The notes under the pieces were generated by a model that was not told the origin of the DNA, searched no databases, and saw only the letters and a list, made by a program, of their open reading frames with translations. The translations under genes and the position numbers were made by a program. Shown here piece after piece: positions 18,501 through 24,867 of a stretch of 27,272 nt of DNA; positions within the stretch are counted from its first letter, which is position 1; every line of letters starts with the position of its first letter. The DNA is from a virus (lineage: Duplodnaviria; Caudoviricetes): the IMG/VR virus record IMGVR_UViG_3300025048_000010, positions 1 to 27,272 of that record. One strand, 5' to 3'.

Positions 18501-18719
18501 AGGACTATAGTCTATTGATCCTCCACCTACACCTCCTTCACCACCAACAATATCAATATCAGTCAAGTACCCTGTATCAGAAAATGCTTTTTGAAATGCA
18601 GTGTCATAAAAATCATCTACATTATCTACATCGTTAATATCAAAGTAGTTAGCGCCACCGGATAAAGTATTGCGGTATTCAAGGAAAGGATTAGCAAAGG
18701 AAGAAAAAGACTCAGCCAT
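15591..18719 (-). CDS. Large low-complexity protein of unknown function (1042 aa), probably virion-associated
   Basis: Uninterrupted ORF coupled to holin and adaptor genes by one-base overlaps; contains hydrophobic Gly/Ala, Lys/Ala/Asp repeat, acidic Pro-rich and Gly/Thr repeat segments. Confidence 0.8.
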   Translation of the reverse strand: MAESFSSFANPFLEYRNTLSGGANYFDINDVDNVDDFYDTAFQKAFSDTGYLTDIDIVGGEGGVGGGSIDYSPTRILSEQEYRGFVGDTPAYLSDFGNERADVIKTKQAYSSVQNLNSTEDLQAALSSYYGYDVTASKQSFSKSDFGGNLGTHTNSSDSELQQFHSLVEPILKDQISYLQATKGLNYQEALMESYNSDPMLQALYHKYDVSPIRQTKDGSTYLYDPFSFSEIRTLEVKDPSIKDIGIAAVKAYVIGSILGPIAGSIVQGIGGTATQIAVKAGVSKATATAIAATLGPTAATMAASAATSFILGGDPIKAALSAGIPIGNIEIPGTNGATLSSIAGNLTGGPVNFYLGGDPVSIALAERLSAVSSVSQGAGGGTGSSIGGGGTGATPDFNPYINSIAASVAASNLEEEEQEATIDFTFNPYTESEEVSAAVSAVSEAENASNAAQEALNTPSSYTSAIDDYEGRFKEAMIRNRGRPSQASRFYLEKIRAAEAAEKQELNEKRIAANVAKGNYDAAVKNESEIRRGEERTYQAEKAAAYQAWQIEDAARKERNRIRAEEAAVARARADELAAKEETARIAREEAQAVADAKAAKDAADAKAAQDAADAKAAKDAADAKAAKDKADKAAKDAADAKAKKAADAKAKADKAAADKAAADLAQEKADAAKAEAKRLADAEAEEARKIAKEIEDAEKEAGNLPPETDVTPPDFDEIDTDTTVDNPPPEIDDPEIDQKFVPPEEDASGGGGGGGSSEGGGASGTGGGAGAGDASEETEKLPFWQILEKFADGSVIARDQKGNVVKLGPEYWNADNDGDGKPDALNGETYSEDEATITQQDWTLIFSNISRNSTGSYEYGGQTLSSQEIQERAEGGDAFAATTDAGITDGAGTGNSSYIDSSGDGAAGINTGAGTGGAGTGSGSAAGGAGTGTAGGDTGEGTGEGTGEGSGTGTGAGSGSGSGTGTGTGTGDGSGSGAGAGAGTGTGMFGGAGSGGAGQSSVTGLMFGDYMNKYQAPELLERVLPLQGYQAPQGLFKGII
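15720..16060 (-). repeat. Gly/Thr/Ser/Ala low-complexity coding repeats (GTG, GEGT, GSG)
   Basis: GTGEGTGEGSGTGTGAGSGSGSGTGTGTG in translation; CCAGT/CCTGT periodicity on the + strand. Confidence 0.85.
16700..16940 (-). repeat. 27-nt (9-aa) DAADAKAAK coding repeats decaying into KAAAD repeats
   Basis: GCAGCTTTAGC recurs at 27-nt spacing from 16837 to 16918; protein ADAKAAKDAADAKAAQDAADAKAAKD. Confidence 0.88.
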
Positions 18720-19063
18720 TATTTACCCCAAGTAGACAAGGTTTTAATACCAAAACTTGCAGCTATAGCGCCACCTAGAAAGGCTTTGTAGTAATCAGGC
18801 ATAGTAGACAATACAGTAAATCCTTGTTCAACGTAGGGAACCATAGAAGGTATGAAAGCACCTATCAATGGCAAACTTAAAACTACAGCAAACCATTCAT
18901 CTTTCCATGAGGTCTGTGAGGCAGCAGCTTGTTGAGTTTCCCAATCACCGTCATTTGTAATACGGCGTAACTTGGATTCATGTACAGCTTGCTTTTCAGC
19001 AGCTTTATTTTTAAGGAAAGTACCGGCTAAGTTAGCTATAGGTCCAATGAGAGCTTGTAGCAT
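18719..19063 (-). CDS. Putative holin (GTA 3TM-holin-like)
   Basis: Amphipathic N-terminus, SWKDEW motif, two hydrophobic segments and SFGIK C-terminus. Confidence 0.65.
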   Translation of the reverse strand: MLQALIGPIANLAGTFLKNKAAEKQAVHESKLRRITNDGDWETQQAAASQTSWKDEWFAVVLSLPLIGAFIPSMVPYVEQGFTVLSTMPDYYKAFLGGAIAASFGIKTLSTWGK

Positions 19064-19075
19064 TATACACCCCTT

Positions 19076-19114
19076 AAAGATAAAGCTAAGGGGCCACCTA
19101 AGCAGCCCCCAGCT
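19076..19114 (-). terminator. Intrinsic terminator downstream of major capsid gene
   Basis: Minus strand AGCTGGGGGCTGC-TTAG-GTGGCCCCTTAGCT then TTATCTTT, about 10 nt after the capsid stop; G-U pairs and a broken U-tract suggest read-through into tail genes. Confidence 0.8.
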
Positions 19115-19123
19115 AGACGGTTG

Positions 19124-20095
19124 TTACTTAGGAACAACCAAGGTAAGTCCGGCTTCAGGACGAAGTACAGCTTTACCGTACAAAGTGTCTGAAGTGAACA
19201 AGTTAGCAAGGAATTCTTGCTTGTACTGTGTCTGCGATCTAACGCCTTGCTGTTCGGCAAGAGTTAGTGCATCACGGTGTACCAAGAGAGCACCTAAGCT
19301 ATCTACAGCACCTGAAGCACCGTTAGCAGCAGCGGTTTCAACTACAGGGCAGTTAGTACTTACATAAATACCAATACCGTATAGTTCACCAATCTGTCCA
19401 CCTGTTACTTTGCCATTGTTAACAAAGTCAGAGCTAACGTAGCGATCAATACCCATGATCGTGTTACGCACTGAAGGAGGAATGATAAAGCTACGTCCGT
19501 CCATAGGTACGTCTTCATCGTCTAGCTTCTGGATCAATGCTCTAAAGCCACCATCAGTAAAGATGTCAGCAGGAACAACTGTATCAGCTACATAAGTAGT
19601 TAAGGTAGCAGCGCCATTGTTAATAAAGAACGTACCGCCATTGTTCAAGTAAGTAGTACTAGTAGTACCTGATGCACCTAGGCCAGTAGCCAAGCTGTGT
19701 AGGTCAGTATCTACTTGCTTTGCAAGAGCATAGCCAGCGTCCTCTGTATAGAACTGACGCAAAGAAGACAACGCCTGTACGTCTGTAATGTCTTCAATTA
19801 AACGTGAGTACTCAAAGTGACGGTTAATAGAAACCTGTACTTCACCTTCTGTGCTTGCCTGTACTGTTACAGCGGTCTTAGCTGCTTTAGCATGGGCATC
19901 ACCACGGACAGGCTTAGGAACGTGAATTGTATCACCTTTCTTACCTGACATAGACATCTTCTTGACTAGGTTAGCCAATACAAGATTCTTTTGGTATGCA
20001 GCAATAATCTCGTCACTCCAGATTTCTGGGATAAAAGTAGCTGCGCTAGTGTTGTCAACGAACCCGCCAGTTGCGGGATATGTGGAATCAGTCAT
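19124..20095 (-). CDS. Major capsid protein (HK97 fold, podovirus type)
   Basis: FIPEIWSDEI, KGDTIHVP, YALAKQVDTD and DTLYGKAVLRPE motifs; follows scaffold; strong SD AGGAG; terminator downstream. Confidence 0.92.
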   Translation of the reverse strand: MTDSTYPATGGFVDNTSAATFIPEIWSDEIIAAYQKNLVLANLVKKMSMSGKKGDTIHVPKPVRGDAHAKAAKTAVTVQASTEGEVQVSINRHFEYSRLIEDITDVQALSSLRQFYTEDAGYALAKQVDTDLHSLATGLGASGTTSTTYLNNGGTFFINNGAATLTTYVADTVVPADIFTDGGFRALIQKLDDEDVPMDGRSFIIPPSVRNTIMGIDRYVSSDFVNNGKVTGGQIGELYGIGIYVSTNCPVVETAAANGASGAVDSLGALLVHRDALTLAEQQGVRSQTQYKQEFLANLFTSDTLYGKAVLRPEAGLTLVVPK

Positions 20096-20100
20096 AATAA

Positions 20101-20116
20101 ATATCTCCTAAGATAT
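20101..20116 (-). promoter_or_regulatory. Hairpin overlapping major capsid RBS
   Basis: ATATCT-TAGG-AGATAT perfect 6-bp stem containing AGGAG, 5 nt before the ATG. Confidence 0.5.
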
Positions 20117-20120
20117 AAGT

Positions 20121-20897
20121 TTATCTGACCCTTTTCTCTTTGTACGCAAGCATAATTTCTGGTTGTAATGCAGCGTAGCGATTAGGGTCTGTTTTCATAA
20201 GGTTAATAATGTCTTGTCTTCTATAGATCTTCTTTGGTGCAGATTCAGAACTACCACGGGCATTGCCTGTACTAGCTGATTTAACCGCCTGCTTACGAGC
20301 CTGTTGTTCAACCTGTGCAGTCTGTTGGACTACGTTCTGCCGTTCTTTCCAAAGGCTAAATAGCTCATCGGCGGCTTCATGGTCATACTTCTGGTCTGCG
20401 TCTACAAACAATCTAGTCCTAACTTTAGATGCTTGAATCCACTCAGCAAACTTAGTATCCTGTAGGATAGACTCCATATCTGGATGCTTACCCTTCAGTT
20501 CTGCCATAGCATTACTCTGGCGATACTGGTTTGTGACGGCTTCAGCCTCCCTAATCTTAGGATGGTTCTGAATTGCCCTGTCTACAGCCTTATCAGGGTC
20601 TGTAAAAAAGTCTATTTCTTCGACTTCTTGGGGTGCTTGTTGTTCCGGTGTGAGTTGTGTCTGTATGTAATTATCTACAACTTTCCGTAGTTCACCAACT
20701 TCAGAACTCTGCCTGCCCAGTAGCTTCTCAGCCTCCTGATGCATCTGCACTAGTTCTTCAGCAGACTTGTTTTGATATTTCTCTGGTATAGAAGGAGGCT
20801 CCTGTGGTTCAGGGGTTACCTGCTCTTCCTCATTAAACATATCTAACTGGTCTGTGGACTCTACGTCCTGACGCTCATTCTCTATAATTCTAGCCAT
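20121..20897 (-). CDS. Capsid scaffolding protein
   Basis: Acidic N-terminus, IPEKYQNKS...EAEKLLGRQSSEVGELRK coiled coil and C-terminal helix ending AYKEKRVR; directly upstream of the capsid gene. Confidence 0.82.
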   Translation of the reverse strand: MARIIENERQDVESTDQLDMFNEEEQVTPEPQEPPSIPEKYQNKSAEELVQMHQEAEKLLGRQSSEVGELRKVVDNYIQTQLTPEQQAPQEVEEIDFFTDPDKAVDRAIQNHPKIREAEAVTNQYRQSNAMAELKGKHPDMESILQDTKFAEWIQASKVRTRLFVDADQKYDHEAADELFSLWKERQNVVQQTAQVEQQARKQAVKSASTGNARGSSESAPKKIYRRQDIINLMKTDPNRYAALQPEIMLAYKEKRVR

Positions 20898-20903
20898 TAT
20901 TAA

Positions 20904-20926
20904 CTCCGTACCTTAGTATTGTGGAG
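20904..20926 (-). promoter_or_regulatory. Internal-loop hairpin pairing the scaffold SD
   Basis: CTCC-ACAA-TAC-TAAG-GTA-C-GGAG; the GGAG SD is paired with CTCC, 6 nt before the ATG. Confidence 0.55.
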
Positions 20927-20947
20927 AACTTTATTATAACGGAAGGG

Positions 20948-21175
20948 TTAACTAATACCTTGTTTCCGTTCGTATGCGATTTGCTGTTTCCTGCGTTTAG
21001 CCCACTTGTCATGTGCATCAGGGAAGTCTCCACTGATACCTTCTAACCTAGACCTCACAGGAGATACAATACGCTTTGCGTCCAAGCCACAACTGCACCT
21101 AGAAGTTGTGACATCGGACTTTACTAAATCTTCAAACTTATGCCCATCAGGACATCTGAAATCAAACAGCCTCAT
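20948..21175 (-). CDS. FmdB-like zinc-ribbon protein
   Basis: MRLFDFRCPDGHKFE...CSCG...KRIVSP pattern of FmdB-family Zn ribbons, with His as second ligand. Confidence 0.75.
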   Translation of the reverse strand: MRLFDFRCPDGHKFEDLVKSDVTTSRCSCGLDAKRIVSPVRSRLEGISGDFPDAHDKWAKRRKQQIAYERKQGIS

Positions 21176-21425
21176 CTATAGCTTCCTCAGTATCATCTGA
21201 TTCTGCTTGTTCTTTGGCGCTATCAATCTGTGTCTCAAGATTAAAGAGTGTACCTAAGATAGCTAACTGGCCTTTACGGAAGTACAGGTTATTAGCGTCT
21301 TCAGTAAGCTCTACTGAGTTGATTTGCTCAACATTACCTCTAAGGTCTGAGATTAGCTGTTTCCAGCCTTCTGACCTAAACATCGCAAAGTAATTGTTAA
21401 AATATGTTTCTAACTCTTGATTCAT
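21162..21425 (-). CDS. Hypothetical head-module protein (87 aa)
   Basis: MFRSEGWKQL...LYFRKGQLAIL, resembling small proteins found between portal and scaffold in podoviruses; first gene after the internal promoter. Confidence 0.78.
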   Translation of the reverse strand: MNQELETYFNNYFAMFRSEGWKQLISDLRGNVEQINSVELTEDANNLYFRKGQLAILGTLFNLETQIDSAKEQAESDDTEEAIDEAV

Positions 21426-21476
21426 TGTATTTTACCTTTAGTTAAAGAATACTCATGTACACTAATGTACCCATAC

Positions 21477-21505
21477 ATTATAGCATACTTCTGTTTGAAT
21501 GTCAA
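21477..21505 (-). promoter_or_regulatory. Perfect-consensus sigma70 promoter with extended -10 driving head genes
   Basis: TTGACA (21505-21500), 17-nt spacer ending TGC, TATAAT (21482-21477); AT-rich UP-like tract upstream; intergenic. Confidence 0.92.
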
Positions 21506-21518
21506 GAGTTATTTTTAA

Positions 21519-21968
21519 TTATTTTACAAGTGAATGTAGTAAAGCAAACAGTGCTGCCGGTACTACAAGCAAAGCGACACATATGATTACAAGTGCCTCT
21601 TTGAGTTGCTTGTTTTTGGCTTTTTTCTCCGCTGTAAGTCTGTTTATCTCATTTTGTCTAGCAACCCTAGCGTCAGCCATAGCTTGCATAGCGTTAGCCC
21701 ACAGATGCCCATTGCCTGAAATAATAAATATATCTTTAACTTCAGCTAGGGTATCTGCGATTTGCTTTTGTGCAAGCTGGTGCTGTATAGCGTCTCCAGC
21801 AGACAAAGGTTGAGTATTTTTAATTTTTTGTAAATCGTGCTGTGCTTCACCCAGAGTACCTAAGAATGAGCTAATCTGCTGTATGTCAGATGTAGCACTG
21901 GCTGCACGGTTAAGTGCAGTAGTAGCAGCGTTGACTGTACTTACAATGGCAGCTAGCTCAAGTACCAT
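21519..21968 (-). CDS. Hypothetical helical protein with C-terminal transmembrane anchor (149 aa)
   Basis: TAATG-coupled; coiled-coil body, basic KKAKNKQLK stretch, then LVIICVALLVVPAALFALL. Confidence 0.78.
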   Translation of the reverse strand: MVLELAAIVSTVNAATTALNRAASATSDIQQISSFLGTLGEAQHDLQKIKNTQPLSAGDAIQHQLAQKQIADTLAEVKDIFIISGNGHLWANAMQAMADARVARQNEINRLTAEKKAKNKQLKEALVIICVALLVVPAALFALLHSLVK

Positions 21969-22093
21969 TAGCGTCCCCTAGTGCCGCCTGAAGCTCTAGT
22001 AGGCTTCCTTTTGTTTAGCATCTGCTTTGATTTATTCTTCTTCTTAGGTGGTCTTCCCACTTTAGATCCGTATGTACCTGTACCGTATGGCAT
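21968..22093 (-). CDS. Tiny basic protein with AT-hook-like GRP (41 aa); absent from ORF track
   Basis: MPYGTGTYGSKVGRPPKKKNKSKQMLNKRKPTRASGGTRGR*; SD AAGGAG; TAATG overlaps at both ends. Confidence 0.78.
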   Translation of the reverse strand: MPYGTGTYGSKVGRPPKKKNKSKQMLNKRKPTRASGGTRGR

Positions 22094-22368
22094 TAGCTTC
22101 TCCTTGATTTAGCGCCAGAACATTTCCAACGCTTTCTTGATAAGTTGTTTGGTGTATTAGGGTCATTCTGCTTTGCTTTAGGCAGACGTTTCTTAATACC
22201 TAAACTACGAGCACAGTAACTATCACCTTTGCTAGTTCCTGCTCTAACTCTGGGACCACCTCCTTTAGCTGGGCCAGCTTGCCCATAACTTACTTTTTTA
22301 CCACTAGAAGTAATTTTTACTTTAGCTTTACCTTTCCTAGCCCTTGTTCCTCCAGATGCCCTAGCCAC
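22093..22368 (-). CDS. Small basic protein (91 aa, YCARS...RKRWKC; DUF6321-like)
   Basis: TAGTG coupling upstream; very Lys/Arg-rich; KVSYGQAG, DSYCARSLGI and LSRKRWKC motifs. The family name is from recall only. Confidence 0.75.
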   Translation of the reverse strand: MARASGGTRARKGKAKVKITSSGKKVSYGQAGPAKGGGPRVRAGTSKGDSYCARSLGIKKRLPKAKQNDPNTPNNLSRKRWKCSGAKSRRS

Positions 22369-22517
22369 TATGCGGCCTTCTTAGAAGCCTTTGGAGTCTT
22401 CTGTTTTTCTGTAGCACAGTTGCAGGCTTTTATTTCTTTAATAGTTTTCTCTAGCTCCTCAAACTTAGCGTTTACTTGCTCTACGATCTCTAAGAGTTCT
22501 GTTCTAGTTACTACCAT
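22368..22517 (-). CDS. Small coiled-coil protein with basic tail (49 aa)
   Basis: MVVTRTELLEIVEQVNAKFEELEKTIKEIKACNCATEKQKTPKASKKAA; ATG 22517 with AGGGGG upstream, overlapping the portal end. The tracked start at 22613 is an unlikely extension. Confidence 0.7.
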   Translation of the reverse strand: MVVTRTELLEIVEQVNAKFEELEKTIKEIKACNCATEKQKTPKASKKAA

Positions 22518-24558
22518 TAGTAGGTACCCCCTGTAGTTGCATTGGAGCCTGTGGTGCAGGCTGTGGTGGTTGTGGTTGTCTAGACTGCTGTTGTGTAGGA
22601 GTCTTGAGGTCAATCTCCTTTTCCTTTAGCATAGTTTGAGCTATCTTCATTCTACGCTCAAATTCCTTATCGTCCTGATCCCCTGCCTTTAGGTTAGCTG
22701 TGATAGCCTTAATCTTGTCTATCTCAAGCTCCTGTGGCAGTAGCTGTGCCTCTATAGCAATCTTCTGTGCTCTTGACTGAGACTCTCCAGCTTGACCGTT
22801 GAGAGCCGCTGTCTGAGACTGCTGGAAGGCCATCTGTGCCTGTGCGGCCTGTTGCTGCATTTGTTGCTGCTCTGGCGTAGGCTGTGCGGCTTGTGCGGCC
22901 TCATCAATCTTAGCAATAAGCTCTTCACGGTTGGATACGTTCATGTTGTCAATAATTGACTGTATCAAAGTATTGTACAGTGGAGACTCTGGGGACATTG
23001 TTTGCAGTAGCTGTACAAGCTGTGTTACTTCGTACTCACGGGCAATAATACCTAGAGTAGAGGTGGTGTTAAACTTGTAGTCCTTGACAGGATAGTTCTC
23101 AGGGTCAAACTGCATATATCTACAAGCAGCCATCTTTACAAAGGGAATCAAGAAGGACTGCTGGAAGTTAATCAATGTACGCTTGTGACGCTTAATAATG
23201 GCACCTAGAGACATGCTAATACCAGCAGCCGTAGCGTCACCGTTGATACTACCGGCGATACCAGCGGAGTCTATAGCTCCTGTAGACATCTGAACCATCT
23301 TCTGTAGCTCTGCTGCCTGTGTAAAGGTAATCTGATTTACTTGCCCAAAGTTAAAGGGGTTCAATACTGTCCTAGGGTCACCATTGGTCAAGATGATTTT
23401 TCCAGGTCTAACCTCCGGTCTAGAGCCTCTAGGGAGCCGTGTAGCGTCCATAGCAAGCATTGGGTGTACAGTTAGGGCTAACGCATCAATACGCGCTCTA
23501 AGCTCTGTATCAAGGGCTTTCTGGCTATTGTAACCTTTCTCACACACACCACGGCCCCAGAACTTACTAGGCACTACGTCCCAAGGGAATGCAACAATAG
23601 GTCTGTCCTGCATCATGTATGGGTTTTCTTCAGCTTTTAGCAGTATGCCACCATTAGCAATAACAACAATAGCTTCAACGTAGTAACTTTCGTTCTCTTC
23701 TTCGTCTTCATTGTCTACCTCTAGGTCAGCAATGTCCTCGTCTTCACCTAACAACGCTTCCTTCTCACCTATCTCTAGCAAGTAGCGTGGTACTAAACCA
23801 TAGTACTTAGTTAGACGTACCTTGTCCTCATCAAAGGATGTAAGGTCTTGGTCTGCCTCTAGGTCATAATCGCCAGCTTCCTGACCTACATATACGTCCC
23901 TGTAGACCCCTTCTTCCTGTAGTTGCTGCACTAGGTGTCTGGACACAAACTCATCTACAGCAACGCCTAGAGCGTTCTCTACGGAGGTAGCAACAGGGTC
24001 AATTAAGAAGTTCTGTGGCAGTACTGGGCGTAATTTGACCATTGTACGGTCAGTAATGTTAACACCTACTGCCTGTAGCTGCCCGTCCATAATAGGTTGG
24101 GTAGCAGGAGCCATCTCTTTGACTTCCTCTAGCACTACTTCAGCGACACCAGTGCCAAATACAGCACTATTGATTAAACATTCTCCTACTTGCTTTCGGA
24201 TCTGTGCTTTTTCAAAGTCCTCATGCAGTTTATTGCGTAAATACACAACATCTTGGCTATCTGGGTCAGCTAAGTCATCGGTAATGTCAAAATACTTGCC
24301 TCTACCAAAGGTTGCCTCCTCTAACTCTGCTACACTGGACTCTACAGCCTGCTGAAGTGCAGGGCTGATGATTCTAGAGCGTTCACTCTTCCTACTGGAG
24401 TCTTCTGCTGCCCACTGTCCGCGCCAAAGCCTATAGTATTCCTCAAACCTCTCTGAGTAGTTGGCCTCGTAATGATCTCTCCATGAGTCACACTTAGTCA
24501 TCACCCAGTTCTCTAGGTGCTCTTCGCTCATTAAGACATCGTTATCACCGTAGTCCAT
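22504..24558 (-). CDS. Portal protein (P22-like with C-terminal coiled-coil barrel)
   Basis: 684 aa after terL; SAVFGTGVA, FLIDP, ENPY, FWGRGVCE and TAAGISM motifs; Gln/Ala-rich helical C-terminus. Confidence 0.9.
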   Translation of the reverse strand: MDYGDNDVLMSEEHLENWVMTKCDSWRDHYEANYSERFEEYYRLWRGQWAAEDSSRKSERSRIISPALQQAVESSVAELEEATFGRGKYFDITDDLADPDSQDVVYLRNKLHEDFEKAQIRKQVGECLINSAVFGTGVAEVVLEEVKEMAPATQPIMDGQLQAVGVNITDRTMVKLRPVLPQNFLIDPVATSVENALGVAVDEFVSRHLVQQLQEEGVYRDVYVGQEAGDYDLEADQDLTSFDEDKVRLTKYYGLVPRYLLEIGEKEALLGEDEDIADLEVDNEDEEENESYYVEAIVVIANGGILLKAEENPYMMQDRPIVAFPWDVVPSKFWGRGVCEKGYNSQKALDTELRARIDALALTVHPMLAMDATRLPRGSRPEVRPGKIILTNGDPRTVLNPFNFGQVNQITFTQAAELQKMVQMSTGAIDSAGIAGSINGDATAAGISMSLGAIIKRHKRTLINFQQSFLIPFVKMAACRYMQFDPENYPVKDYKFNTTSTLGIIAREYEVTQLVQLLQTMSPESPLYNTLIQSIIDNMNVSNREELIAKIDEAAQAAQPTPEQQQMQQQAAQAQMAFQQSQTAALNGQAGESQSRAQKIAIEAQLLPQELEIDKIKAITANLKAGDQDDKEFERRMKIAQTMLKEKEIDLKTPTQQQSRQPQPPQPAPQAPMQLQGVPTNGSN

Positions 24559-24713
24559 TATCTTTTACCTTTTCTGGCTGTTTTGGCTGCTTTTTTGAAC
24601 TGTGCGGCTGTAGGAGCACCTTTACTACCGACTTTACGCATCTTTTCACCGGAACCCGCCGCGATACGTTTACGTTTAGCATTTATATTACTGTATAGAC
24701 CTTGTTTAGCCAT
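24558..24713 (-). CDS. Tiny basic protein (51 aa); absent from ORF track
   Basis: MAKQGLYSNINAKRKRIAAGSGEKMRKVGSKGAPTAAQFKKAAKTARKGKR*; SD AGGA; TAATG overlap with the portal start. Confidence 0.8.
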   Translation of the reverse strand: MAKQGLYSNINAKRKRIAAGSGEKMRKVGSKGAPTAAQFKKAAKTARKGKR

Positions 24714-24714
24714 G

Positions 24715-24867
24715 TTACTTTCCTATTTTCTTTTGAGCAGCTTTATGAGACTGAGTAAAAGTCTTACCCGCCCTCATGTTTTTTCTCATTTCAGTCATGT
24801 GTTTAGGGCTGTGGTGGGAAGAGTGTTTTTTTAACATTTCTTTTTGTTTTGTAGTTATAGTTTTCAT
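24715..24867 (-). CDS. Tiny basic His-rich protein (50 aa); absent from ORF track
   Basis: MKTITTKQKEMLKKHSSHHSPKHMTEMRKNMRAGKTFTQSHKAAQKKIGK*; TAATG overlap with the terL stop; ends 1 nt before the next ATG. Confidence 0.78.
   Translation of the reverse strand: MKTITTKQKEMLKKHSSHHSPKHMTEMRKNMRAGKTFTQSHKAAQKKIGK

Noticed and set aside
19063-19260. T7 gp10B-like frameshift extension of the capsid protein
   Set aside because: An overlapping frame is open, but no slippery heptamer is visible near the capsid stop and the extension would only cross the terminator for about 20 codons.
20933-20938. TATAAT upstream of the scaffold gene as another promoter
   Set aside because: No -35 at 17 nt (AAGGTA) and no TG extension, so it cannot be supported.
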